DNA of 64,000 nucleotides from Phycisphaerales bacterium. Its GTDB lineage: Bacteria > Planctomycetota > Phycisphaerae > WQYP01. Location of the stretch: assembly GCA_027451365.1 (NCBI GenBank), contig DAIDJN010000041.1, forward strand, positions 25,679 through 89,678, written 5' to 3'. The notes under the pieces are model-generated. The model searched no databases, was not told where the DNA came from, and saw only the letters and a program-made list of their open reading frames with translations. Position numbers and translations under genes: made by a program. Numbering within the stretch: the first letter of the stretch is position 1; every line of letters begins with the position of its first letter. Below, one piece after another: positions 51,465-60,257 of the stretch.

Positions 51465-51851
51465 GTGCCCAACCTTGTTGTTGCCGGAGCCATGATGACC
51501 TGTTCCTTTGGCGTTGCACCGGCCGCTTTGGCCGTGCTGCCCGCCAATAAGGTGACCGCCGGTTCGCCGGCGGCAAACATTATGGATCATGTTCCCCTGG
51601 AAAATATTCCGACCTTTGGCATGTGCAATTCGCCCAGCAATCCGGAGGTAGCCGCAGCCACCGCCGCGGCTCTTGGTGTACTGACGCCGATGCCCTGTGT
51701 GCCCGCCACCGCCGCGCCGTGGGCACCCGGTTCAGCAACGGTACAGATAGGCGATCAGCCCGCGCTGACCGATGCGTGTAAATGCACCTGTAACTGGGGC
51801 GGGGTCATCACCATTACGTTCGCCGGTCAGGCAACGGCGCAATGTGCCTGA
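51465..51851 (+). CDS. DUF4280 PAAR-like protein (VgrG tip-sharpening/adaptor)
   Basis: GTG start after an AGGAG RBS. MMTCSFGVAPAALAVLPANKVTAG...FGMCNSPSNPEVAAATAAALGVLTPMPCVPAT...WAPGSATVQIGDQPALTDACKCTCNWGGVITI matches the DUF4280 Cys-pattern. Immediately 3' of vgrG. Confidence 0.6.
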   Translation: MPNLVVAGAMMTCSFGVAPAALAVLPANKVTAGSPAANIMDHVPLENIPTFGMCNSPSNPEVAAATAAALGVLTPMPCVPATAAPWAPGSATVQIGDQPALTDACKCTCNWGGVITITFAGQATAQCA

Positions 51852-51942
51852 TTGGCCGCGCGGCGCGGATATCGCGGTACGGCCCGGTAAATGGTTAAAT
51901 GATTTGCGTCACCGGAAAAAAACTTAGAACGAAAGAGGTCCC

Positions 51943-53010
51943 ATGTATTCTTCTGACCTGGAATTCCTGCTTCAGCCAATCTCGACGGATTCAGCCTGTG
52001 GGGATGATCTGTCTTACGATCCGGCGTTTCTGGCGCTGGAGGAAGCCATTCGCGGGAAGCCCGAATCTCAGATAGGCGATACCGTGGTCCCCGCCGAGGA
52101 ACCGAACTGGCGTGATGTGCGAAAACAATCGGTGGAACTGCTTAAACGCACCCGTGACTTGCGTGTGCTGGTCTGGTTGACCACGGCTGAACTGGAATTG
52201 CGCGGCCTGCGCGGCGCGGCCGATGGCTTCGCCGCGATTGTGCTGCATGTGGATCAGTTCTGGACGCCGGTTCATCCGAAGCTTGATCCTGACGATAACA
52301 ACGACCCGACGATGCGCGTCAATATTCTTGCGGCCCTTTCGCCGGCGCAGTCGGCACCTGATTCACTGCGCTTTACGGACCGGCTGCTGAATGCCCCTTT
52401 GTGCAAATCGCGTCAGCTTGGTGTGGTGACACAGCGGGATATTTATCTGGCCACCGGGGAACTGAAGCCTGTTGGCGCGCAGGTGGTGCGGGAAGCGGCT
52501 GCAATTGATGCGGCGTTTGGCGACAGCCCGCTGGAGGACTTGCAGGCCCTGAGTGCGTCCGTCGCCGCCATCCGTGAAAATCTTGGCCAAATTGATACAC
52601 GCCTGACCGAACATGTGGGGGCCAGCAAGGCGGCAAATTTTGAAGCCTTAAAGAAAATTGTAACCGCCATTATTCGGTCCTTGGAAAACCAGCTTTCGCG
52701 GCGGGGTGCCCAGGGTGCGGCGTCCACCACGAATCCGGCAACTGGGGAAACGGGCGCAGAGGCCGCGTCGGCCGGGGCAATGGCCAGCGGTCCGTTGCGG
52801 ACGCGGCAGGATGCGCTGGTCATGCTGGAAAAGGTCTGCACCTATTTTGACACTTTTGAGCCATCGAGTCCGGTGCAGCTTGTGCTACGGCGGGCTTCGC
52901 GTCTGGCGAATATGTCATTTATGGATATTATCCGGGACCTTGCTGCGGACGCGGAAAGCCAGGTCCGAATTGCGACCGGCGCCCGCGAAGAGGAAGGAAA
53001 GTCCGAATAG
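51943..53010 (+). CDS. tssA: type VI secretion protein TssA (ImpA N-terminal domain)
   Basis: ImpA_N signature LLQPISTDSACGDDLSYDPAFLALEEA...WRDVRKQSVELLKRTRDLRVLVWLTTAELELRGLRG...LHVDQFWTPVHP. AAAGAGG RBS. Confidence 0.75.
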   Translation: MYSSDLEFLLQPISTDSACGDDLSYDPAFLALEEAIRGKPESQIGDTVVPAEEPNWRDVRKQSVELLKRTRDLRVLVWLTTAELELRGLRGAADGFAAIVLHVDQFWTPVHPKLDPDDNNDPTMRVNILAALSPAQSAPDSLRFTDRLLNAPLCKSRQLGVVTQRDIYLATGELKPVGAQVVREAAAIDAAFGDSPLEDLQALSASVAAIRENLGQIDTRLTEHVGASKAANFEALKKIVTAIIRSLENQLSRRGAQGAASTTNPATGETGAEAASAGAMASGPLRTRQDALVMLEKVCTYFDTFEPSSPVQLVLRRASRLANMSFMDIIRDLAADAESQVRIATGAREEEGKSE

Positions 53011-53130
53011 GAAAAAAGAGGCAGGAATAATTTTCGCGAATGAGTTGCAAATCCGATAGACGGTGTTAGACTTTGTCGCAGGTTTTAACACCGAAGGTTT
53101 TCCCCTGGCCGCTTACACGGAGTCATACCG

Positions 53131-53649
53131 ATGGGCAAGTCCAGCAGTCAAAAGTTTATCGCTCGGAATCGTGCGCCGCGTGTGCAGATTGAATATGATC
53201 TGGAACTATATGGTTCCCAGAAAAAAATTAATCTGCCATTTGTCATGGGCGTAATGGCTGATCTTTCCGGGAATCCAGCCGAAGCTCTTCCATCAGTGGA
53301 CCAGCGTAAATTCCTGGAAATTGATGTGGACAACTTTGACGAGCGCATGAAGGCCTCCAAGCCGCGCGTCGCATTTCAGGTCCCCAACAAACTCACCGGG
53401 GAAGGGAATGTCGCTGTTGAACTCACTTTTGAAAGCATGGATGATTTTTCGCCTGCCGCCGTCGCCCGCAAGGTTGAACCTCTTCGCAAGCTGCTGGAGG
53501 CTCGAACTCAATTGTCCAACCTGCTGACGTATATGGATGGCAAGTCCAATGCCGAAGACCTGGTGGCAAAGGCGCTCAAAGATCCGTCGCTGCTTCAGGC
53601 TCTGGCGTCGGCTCCCAAGGAAACCAAAACCAGCGCGGAGGTTAAATAA
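53131..53649 (+). CDS. tssB: type VI secretion sheath small subunit TssB (VipA)
   Basis: RVQIEYDLELYGSQKKINLPFVMGVMADLSG...LEIDVDNFDERM matches the TssB fold pattern. 172 aa, immediately upstream of tssC. Confidence 0.85.
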   Translation: MGKSSSQKFIARNRAPRVQIEYDLELYGSQKKINLPFVMGVMADLSGNPAEALPSVDQRKFLEIDVDNFDERMKASKPRVAFQVPNKLTGEGNVAVELTFESMDDFSPAAVARKVEPLRKLLEARTQLSNLLTYMDGKSNAEDLVAKALKDPSLLQALASAPKETKTSAEVK

Positions 53650-53651
53650 CC

Positions 53652-55151
53652 ATGGCCGAAAACCTTCAATCACAGGCCGCCGGACAGACTGCCGGCGCAA
53701 CGAAGGAAGTTTCCGATTTTGAATCGCTTCTGAATAAGGAATTCCGTCCGAAAACCGACGGGGTTGCTGAAGATATTAAAGTCGCGGTGCGGACGCTGGC
53801 CCAGCAGGCGCTGGAAGGCACCTCGCTGGTGTCCGATGATGCCGTCAAATCGATCCAGGCCATCATTGCGGCGTTGGACGCTAAACTGACCGCACAGGTC
53901 AACGAAATTGTGCACCACGAAGCATTCCGTTCGCTGGAAGGTACCTGGCGTGGTTTGCATCATCTGGTGAACAATACTGAAACCGATGAAACCCTCAAGA
54001 TTCGCGTCCTGAATATTTCCAAAAAGGACGTTGGAAAAACCATCAAAAAGTACAAGGGAACCGCGTGGGACCAAAGCCCGCTTTTCAAGCGGTTGTATGA
54101 AGATGAATTTGGTACGCCGGGTGGCGAACCGTATGGTGCCCTGATCGGCGATTATTATTTTGATCACTCACCGCCAGATGTGGAAATTCTTGCGGGCATG
54201 GCCCAGATCGCCGCCGCCGCCCACGCGCCCTTTATTTCGGCCGCGTCGCCCACAGTCATGAATTTCGATTCCTGGCAGCAGCTTAGTGATCCGCGCGACC
54301 TTACGAAAATCTTTCAGACTCCTGATTACGCGCCTTGGCGTTCACTTCGAAAATCCGATGATGCCCGTTATATCGGCCTGACCATGCCTCGATTCCTGGC
54401 ACGGCTGCCCTATGGCGCAAAAACCAGCCCAGTGGATGAATTCGCGTTTGAAGAAGACACCACCGGCGCTGACCACAATAAATACACATGGGCCAATTCC
54501 GCGTACGCCATGGGTGTGAACATCAACCGTGCGTTCAAGTCTTATGGATGGTGTTCGCGCATTCGCGGCGTGGAGTCTGGCGGCATGGTGGAAGGGCTGC
54601 CTTGTCATACCTTCCCGACGGACGACGGCGGCGTGGATATGAAATGCCCCACCGAAATCGCCATTACCGACCGGCGCGAAGCCGAACTAGCCAAGAATGG
54701 CTTTATGCCTTTGTCTCATTGGAAAAACACTGATTACGGCGTGTTTGTCGGGGCGCAATCCCTGCAACAGCCCGAAGCTTATGACGATCCGGATGCCACA
54801 GCCAATGCCAATCTGGCGGCGCGGCTTCCTTATCTTTTCGCCACCTGTCGGTTTGCCCACTTCCTCAAGTGCATGGTCCGCGACAAGATCGGATCATTCA
54901 AGGAACGGGCGGACATGGAAACATGGCTGAATTCATGGATTCAAAACTATGTCGATGGGTCGCCATCCACCTCCAGTGAGGAATATAAGGCCACCCATCC
55001 GCTCGCTGCCGCCGAAGTCGTTGTCGAAGAAGTTGAAGGCAATCCCGGTTATTACCGGTCCAAGTTCTTCCTGCGTCCGCACTACCAGTTGGAAGGCTTG
55101 ACCGTTTCGCTGCGATTGGTTAGCAAGCTGCCATCTATAAAGGGCGGCTGA
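53652..55151 (+). CDS. tssC: type VI secretion sheath large subunit TssC (VipB)
   Basis: 499 aa with conserved blocks EPYGALIGDYYFDHSPPDVEIL, MPRFLARLPYG, GWCSRIRGVESGG. Confidence 0.85.
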   Translation: MAENLQSQAAGQTAGATKEVSDFESLLNKEFRPKTDGVAEDIKVAVRTLAQQALEGTSLVSDDAVKSIQAIIAALDAKLTAQVNEIVHHEAFRSLEGTWRGLHHLVNNTETDETLKIRVLNISKKDVGKTIKKYKGTAWDQSPLFKRLYEDEFGTPGGEPYGALIGDYYFDHSPPDVEILAGMAQIAAAAHAPFISAASPTVMNFDSWQQLSDPRDLTKIFQTPDYAPWRSLRKSDDARYIGLTMPRFLARLPYGAKTSPVDEFAFEEDTTGADHNKYTWANSAYAMGVNINRAFKSYGWCSRIRGVESGGMVEGLPCHTFPTDDGGVDMKCPTEIAITDRREAELAKNGFMPLSHWKNTDYGVFVGAQSLQQPEAYDDPDATANANLAARLPYLFATCRFAHFLKCMVRDKIGSFKERADMETWLNSWIQNYVDGSPSTSSEEYKATHPLAAAEVVVEEVEGNPGYYRSKFFLRPHYQLEGLTVSLRLVSKLPSIKGG

Positions 55152-55354
55152 GTTTTAATCAAAAATAGGAAGCGCCGGTGCCCTGCCCGGGCGCAAAAGC
55201 TGGTCCTTGAGCTTGGTCGTGAATGCGTAACGGTGAACGTTTGCGGAGTAATTTGGCGTTTTGTCTTATTTTCCGGTCACCTGCGTTGGGATGACCGACA
55301 TTTTTACCTGCGGCTGTGATAAGCCGGTCAATATTTCTGGAAAGGGGTTGTTCT

Positions 55355-55855
55355 ATGGCGTTTGATACATACCTTAAATTTGACGACGGTGCCAAAATCA
55401 AAGGCGAGTCAACTTCCAAAGGAATGGAAGGCACAATTGAAATCTTTTCCTTCTCTTTTGGTGCCAGCAATCCGACCACGGTCGGCAGCGGCAGCACGGG
55501 TCTGACCGGCGGTCGGGTGTCGATTTCATCATTTAACTTTATGAAAAAATGCGACAAATCCTCAACCGCATTATTTCAAGCGTGCTGCGGCGGTACGCAT
55601 ATCGATTCGGCCACCGTTACGCTGCGCAAAGCCGGTGGTGACGCCGGTCAGCAGCCTTTCCTGGTGTACACATTTACGGACGTCATGATTGAATCGGTCC
55701 AATGGAGCGGTTCAACCGGGGGTGATGACACCCCGACCGAGTCCGTATCCCTTGCGTTCGGAAAAATTCAGATCGATTACTCGACGCAGGATGACAAGGG
55801 CAAGATGTCCAAGGCTGGAAACGCCACGTGGGACCTCACCAAGGTCTCCAAGTAA
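55355..55855 (+). CDS. hcp: Hcp (TssD) type VI secretion tube protein
   Basis: MAFDTYLKFDDGAKIKGESTSKGMEGTIEIFSFSFG...ISSFNFMKK...DSATVTLRKAGGD...FLVYTFTDVMIESVQWSGS matches the Hcp1 family pattern. AAAGGGG RBS. Confidence 0.85.
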   Translation: MAFDTYLKFDDGAKIKGESTSKGMEGTIEIFSFSFGASNPTTVGSGSTGLTGGRVSISSFNFMKKCDKSSTALFQACCGGTHIDSATVTLRKAGGDAGQQPFLVYTFTDVMIESVQWSGSTGGDDTPTESVSLAFGKIQIDYSTQDDKGKMSKAGNATWDLTKVSK

Positions 55856-56028
55856 TTCCGGTCTGCGATCGCGCCTTGGGCTTGCATCCACCATGCGGGC
55901 TTGGCGACGGCCTGTACCGCCGCGACCAATGCGCCCCGTGTTTATTCCCGGTTTGTATTCCTTGCGGGCGGGCGTTTGCACAGAACGCCTGCCTCTTTTT
56001 GGCGCAGGCTTGTCCGTGAGGTGATGGT

Positions 56029-56835
56029 GTGAATGCCGTCGAATTAATCCGCAATGGAAAGATCAGCGAAGCGTCTGATGCGCTGCGTTCGCAGATTCGC
56101 GCCAGCCCCGCCGATGCTAAATTGCGGGTCTTCCTTTTCCAGCTTCTGCTGGTGGATGGCCAATGGGACAAGGCTCTTGCCCAATTGAATATCGCCGCGG
56201 ATTTAGACCCGATTCACCTGCTTATGGCCGAAACCTGCCGCCCGCTTCTACAGTGCGAAGCGCTGCGTCAGCAGGTCTTTGCTGGTACAAGGTCCCCTCT
56301 GGTGATGGGCGAGCCTGCGGACTGGATCGGCTGGCTATTTCAGGCTGCGGCTTTAACTGCAGACGGAAAACACCAGATCGCCGCTGAAGTGCGAACAAAG
56401 GCGTTTGACGCGGCACCCGCAATTTCCGGCACCATAAACGACCAGCCGTTTGAATGGGTCGCTGACGCGGATTCCCGACTTGGCCCGGTGCTTGAAGCGG
56501 TTGTGGACGGAAAGTACTACTGGATACCCATGGCCAATATTGCGCAGATTACGCTCGAAAAGCCCATTGATTTACGGGATATTGTCTGGCTGGGTGGCCA
56601 GTTCACCTGGACCAATGGTGGAACCGCCATCGGATTTATACCGGTTCGCTATCCCGGATCGGAAGCTGCAGCCGACCCCGCCGTGCGACTGGCGCGCCGG
56701 ACCGACTGGCAGGACCATGAGGGTGCGGCTGTGGGACTTGGCCAGCGAACACTGGTGACCGATTCGGCTGAATATCCGCTTCTGGAAATTCGTTCGCTTG
56801 TCATGAACCAACCGGCCCCGGTAACCGCAACCTGA
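56029..56835 (+). CDS. tagJ: T6SS accessory protein TagJ (ImpE/SciE family)
   Basis: GTG start. LIRNGKISEASDALRSQIRASPADAKLRVFLFQLLLVDGQWDKALAQLNIAADLDP matches the ImpE N-terminal TPR-like block. Position between hcp and tssE as in H1-type loci. Confidence 0.6.
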   Translation: MNAVELIRNGKISEASDALRSQIRASPADAKLRVFLFQLLLVDGQWDKALAQLNIAADLDPIHLLMAETCRPLLQCEALRQQVFAGTRSPLVMGEPADWIGWLFQAAALTADGKHQIAAEVRTKAFDAAPAISGTINDQPFEWVADADSRLGPVLEAVVDGKYYWIPMANIAQITLEKPIDLRDIVWLGGQFTWTNGGTAIGFIPVRYPGSEAAADPAVRLARRTDWQDHEGAAVGLGQRTLVTDSAEYPLLEIRSLVMNQPAPVTAT

Positions 56836-56850
56836 CAGGGGGCAGACCCG

Positions 56851-57345
56851 ATGGAAGAAAACCTTTCCCGCGATCGACTTCAGCCCTTTCTGCTGGATCG
56901 TTTAACTGACGACCAGCGCGACCAGCCGAATGAAACGCGTGATCAGCGCGTCATGATTCTGCGTCAATTGCATCAGGCCGTGCTGCGGGATCTTGAATGG
57001 CTGCTTAATACGCCCCGTCATACCCCTGACGAGGAGATATACGATTTTCCCATGGCCGCCAAATCTGTGCTGAATTTCGGCATGCCGAGCCTTTCCGGCC
57101 TGTCCGCCGATTCCATGGATATGCCGACCATTGAACGCATGATTATAGACACCATTCAAACCTACGAACCGCGGGTGATTCCGCATTCGTTAAATGTGCG
57201 AGCGGTGTCGTCAAATTCCAGCCACAATCTGATGAGTTTTGAAATTCGTGCGGAAATCTGGGCGGTTCCCATGCCCGACCGGTTGTTTGTGCGTACCGAA
57301 CTGGACTTGGAATCCGGCCATTGCCACCTGCAGGAAAAAAACTGA
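56851..57345 (+). CDS. tssE: type VI secretion baseplate protein TssE (gp25-like)
   Basis: PFLLDRLTDDQ...LRDLEWLLNTPRHT...KSVLNFGMPSLSG...TIQTYEPRV. Confidence 0.8.
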   Translation: MEENLSRDRLQPFLLDRLTDDQRDQPNETRDQRVMILRQLHQAVLRDLEWLLNTPRHTPDEEIYDFPMAAKSVLNFGMPSLSGLSADSMDMPTIERMIIDTIQTYEPRVIPHSLNVRAVSSNSSHNLMSFEIRAEIWAVPMPDRLFVRTELDLESGHCHLQEKN

Positions 57346-59216
57346 TGGACCGTGAATTTCTTTCCTATTACGAAGGCGAACTGACCTTTCTGCGTCAGAT
57401 GGGCCGGGAATTCGCGCAGGCCTATCCCAAGGTGGCCGGCCGGCTCACACTCGACCAGATTCCATGTCCTGACCCTTATGTCGAACGTTTACTGGAAGGC
57501 GTTGCGTTTCTGACCGCGCGCGTCCAGATGAAAATGGAATCCCACTTTCCCCGTTTTACAAGTGCCCTGCTTGAAACGGTCTGCCCCGGCTATATCGCGC
57601 CGACCCCTTCCATGCTTATTGCGCAGTTCCATCCTGACCCGGCCGAAAAGGGCCTGGTCGCCGGTTTCAAGATTCCGCGCGGTGCGGCAATGCGCAGTCT
57701 CATCGGCCCGGGCGAACAGACCGCTTGTGAATATCGCACCGCGCAGGACACAATCCTCTGGCCTTTTACCGTGGTTCAGGCGGCGTATCATGTTCGGGAC
57801 ATTCATTCCCTTTCTTTACCCGATATGCAGCGAATAAAGGCTGTGATTCGCATACGCCTTGCCTGTGGGGCCGGCATCACCTGGGATAAAGTACAAATGG
57901 ATCGCCTGTGCCTGTTCCTTGGCGGGTCCTCCTCTGTCCAGGCCCGGCTTTACCAGCAGATTTTTGCCGATGCCGCCGCGGTGATCGTCCAGCCGACCAC
58001 GCAGGTGGCCTCTGGACAGTCGCTTATTCCAGCGACAAATATTTCCCGCGTCGGCTTCCGCGATGATGAAGCGCTGCTGCCGGTTACTCCCCGTGGATTT
58101 TCCGGCTATCGGCTTTTGCATGAATACTCGGTCATTCCCCAGCGATTTCTATTTTTTGCCATCGACGCCCTGCGTCAGGCGGTTAACCGAATCGCCGAGC
58201 CGCAAATCGACATTCTCCTTCCCCTGCGCGAAGTGGACGCCGGACTGGAAAACGTGGTAAATGCCGCCCATTTCCTGCCCCACTGCACACCTGCAATTAA
58301 TCTTTTCCCCAAGGTCTGTGACCGCATTCCCGTGTCCGATCAGTTCAGCGAATTTCATGTTGTGCCGGACCGCACCCGCGCCCGGGATTTTGAAGTCGTT
58401 CATGTCAATGCCGTGACCGGCTATGGCGCACGAAACGATGAGCAACAGAGCTTTCTTCCGTTCTATTGCGTTTCCGATATGCAGCGTCAGCAGGACGCCG
58501 CCTTTTTTACCGCAAATCGCCGCCCCAGAATGCTTTCCGAACGCGATCGCCGCGTCGGTGCCCGGTCGCAGTATGCCGGGACGGAAGTTTTTCTTTCACT
58601 GGTGGATGCGGCCAGCGCGCCTTACAGCTCCGCAATCAAGCAACTGGGGGTGGAAACACTCTGTTCCAACCGGGATTTGCCGCTGTTTATACCGGTTGGC
58701 AAAGGACCGACTGACTTTACGCTGCAAATCGGCGCGCCGGTAAAATCCATCCGATGTATTGGCGGCGTCCCCACTGCGCCGCGCAATCCCCTGGCCGGTG
58801 CACAAGCCGCCTGGCGGCTCATCAGCCATCTGTCCGTTAATTACCTTTCCCTTATTGACAGCGGAGAACGGGAAGGGGCCGCCGCCCTTCGTTCCATGCT
58901 GGAACTTTACGCCGATCCATCGGATATGGCATATCGCAAACAGGTTCAGGGCGTGCGCGCCATTTCCTGTAAGCCTATCATGAGGCGGCTAAGCGACGGT
59001 TTCCCGTCAGCGTTTGTCCGCGGGCTGGAAGTCAGTGTCCTGCTCGAGGACCAGGCTTTTGAAGGCACCGGCGCATTCCTGATGGGCGCAGTTCTTGAGC
59101 AGTTTTTTTCCCGCTACACCACCATTAATTCATTTACCCAGACGGTCGTGAACACCGTTGAAAATGGAAGGATCATGGAATGGAGACCCCAGCCGGGCCG
59201 GCGTCGGGTCATTTAA
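57345..59216 (+). CDS. tssF: type VI secretion baseplate protein TssF (ImpG/VasA)
   Basis: MDREFLSYYEGELTFLRQMGREFAQAYPKVAGRLTLD is the canonical TssF N-terminus. 624 aa; overlaps the tssE stop. Confidence 0.9.
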   Translation: MDREFLSYYEGELTFLRQMGREFAQAYPKVAGRLTLDQIPCPDPYVERLLEGVAFLTARVQMKMESHFPRFTSALLETVCPGYIAPTPSMLIAQFHPDPAEKGLVAGFKIPRGAAMRSLIGPGEQTACEYRTAQDTILWPFTVVQAAYHVRDIHSLSLPDMQRIKAVIRIRLACGAGITWDKVQMDRLCLFLGGSSSVQARLYQQIFADAAAVIVQPTTQVASGQSLIPATNISRVGFRDDEALLPVTPRGFSGYRLLHEYSVIPQRFLFFAIDALRQAVNRIAEPQIDILLPLREVDAGLENVVNAAHFLPHCTPAINLFPKVCDRIPVSDQFSEFHVVPDRTRARDFEVVHVNAVTGYGARNDEQQSFLPFYCVSDMQRQQDAAFFTANRRPRMLSERDRRVGARSQYAGTEVFLSLVDAASAPYSSAIKQLGVETLCSNRDLPLFIPVGKGPTDFTLQIGAPVKSIRCIGGVPTAPRNPLAGAQAAWRLISHLSVNYLSLIDSGEREGAAALRSMLELYADPSDMAYRKQVQGVRAISCKPIMRRLSDGFPSAFVRGLEVSVLLEDQAFEGTGAFLMGAVLEQFFSRYTTINSFTQTVVNTVENGRIMEWRPQPGRRRVI

Positions 59217-60223
59217 CACCCGATCTGGCGGACAATATCCGCGGACTTGATTTTTTCGCTTGCCTCCGGCGACTGGAGTCCACGCTGCGCGCCATGCCGC
59301 GCATCGGTGCCGCGTCGCTCCCCGGTCAGGATGCCATCCGATTCGCCCAGGAACCGTCCCTCGCGTTTGCGCCCACAACATTTGAACGCGTCGATCCGAC
59401 TGTTGATGGATCGGCACCGCGTCTGGTGGTGCGGTTTCTTGGGCTCCTGGGACCTAATGGACCGCTGCCGGTACACCTGACCGACTACGCGCGACAGCGA
59501 ATCATTCACCACAACGATCCGACCTTTGCGCATTTTCTGGACATGTTTCATCACCGGCTTATCAGTCTGTTTTACCGCGCCTGGGCGGGCAATCAGCAAA
59601 CCGTCAGTTTCGATCGCTATGAACCGGGAAAATCCGCGCCGCTTGATGATGCATTTACATTTTACAGCGCCTGCCTTGTCGGCTGCGGTACCGACGCCAT
59701 TCTGTCCGCCGATGCCACGCCCCCTTTATCCAAAATCCACTACGCCGCGTGGCTTACCGGCGCGCCGCGACATCCCGATGGATTACGCAATATTCTTTCG
59801 CACTTTTTTTCCGCGCCTTGCGCCATCGAAGAATTTACCGGCCGCTGGATTTCCCTGCCCCGCCAGTATCAATGTCGGCTTGGTGAATCCGCAAATACCG
59901 CGAGTCTGGGCCAGACCATGGTCTGCGGCTCGCGTATATGGGATGTGCAGGGCACATTCACTGTGGTTCTTGGACCCATGAATCTGTCCGAGTTTGAAAG
60001 TCTTCTGCCTGGCTCGCCCGGTCACCGCTGCTTGCGCGACTGGGTTCGCCTGTACGCGGGCCCTGAAATGGCCTGGTCGCTGCGTCTGGTGCTGGCCGCC
60101 GCCGCGGTTCCTCGCGTCGAGTTGGGGCGGTCTGGCCGACTGGGCTATACCACCTGGCTGCGTACCGCACCACTGACCCGCGATGCAGATGAATTCCAGC
60201 TTGTTTTTGATGAGGCCGCCTGA
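59180..60223 (+). CDS. tssG: type VI secretion baseplate protein TssG (ImpH/VasB)
   Basis: LDFFACLRRLES...IRFAQEPSLAFAPTTFERV...RFLGLLGPNGPLPVHLTDY. 37-nt overlap with tssF. Confidence 0.8.
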   Translation: METPAGPASGHLTPDLADNIRGLDFFACLRRLESTLRAMPRIGAASLPGQDAIRFAQEPSLAFAPTTFERVDPTVDGSAPRLVVRFLGLLGPNGPLPVHLTDYARQRIIHHNDPTFAHFLDMFHHRLISLFYRAWAGNQQTVSFDRYEPGKSAPLDDAFTFYSACLVGCGTDAILSADATPPLSKIHYAAWLTGAPRHPDGLRNILSHFFSAPCAIEEFTGRWISLPRQYQCRLGESANTASLGQTMVCGSRIWDVQGTFTVVLGPMNLSEFESLLPGSPGHRCLRDWVRLYAGPEMAWSLRLVLAAAAVPRVELGRSGRLGYTTWLRTAPLTRDADEFQLVFDEAA

Positions 60224-60257
60224 AACGCCTCCCAATCCGGTTATTGAAAGGAAGCCC

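Noticed and set aside
49537-55557. Minus-strand ORFs across the T6SS genes (49537-50229, 50347-50805, 51061-51590, 53670-54167, 55159-55557)
   Set aside because: Antisense to vgrG, tssC and hcp, which have strong family signatures. No RBS or motifs.
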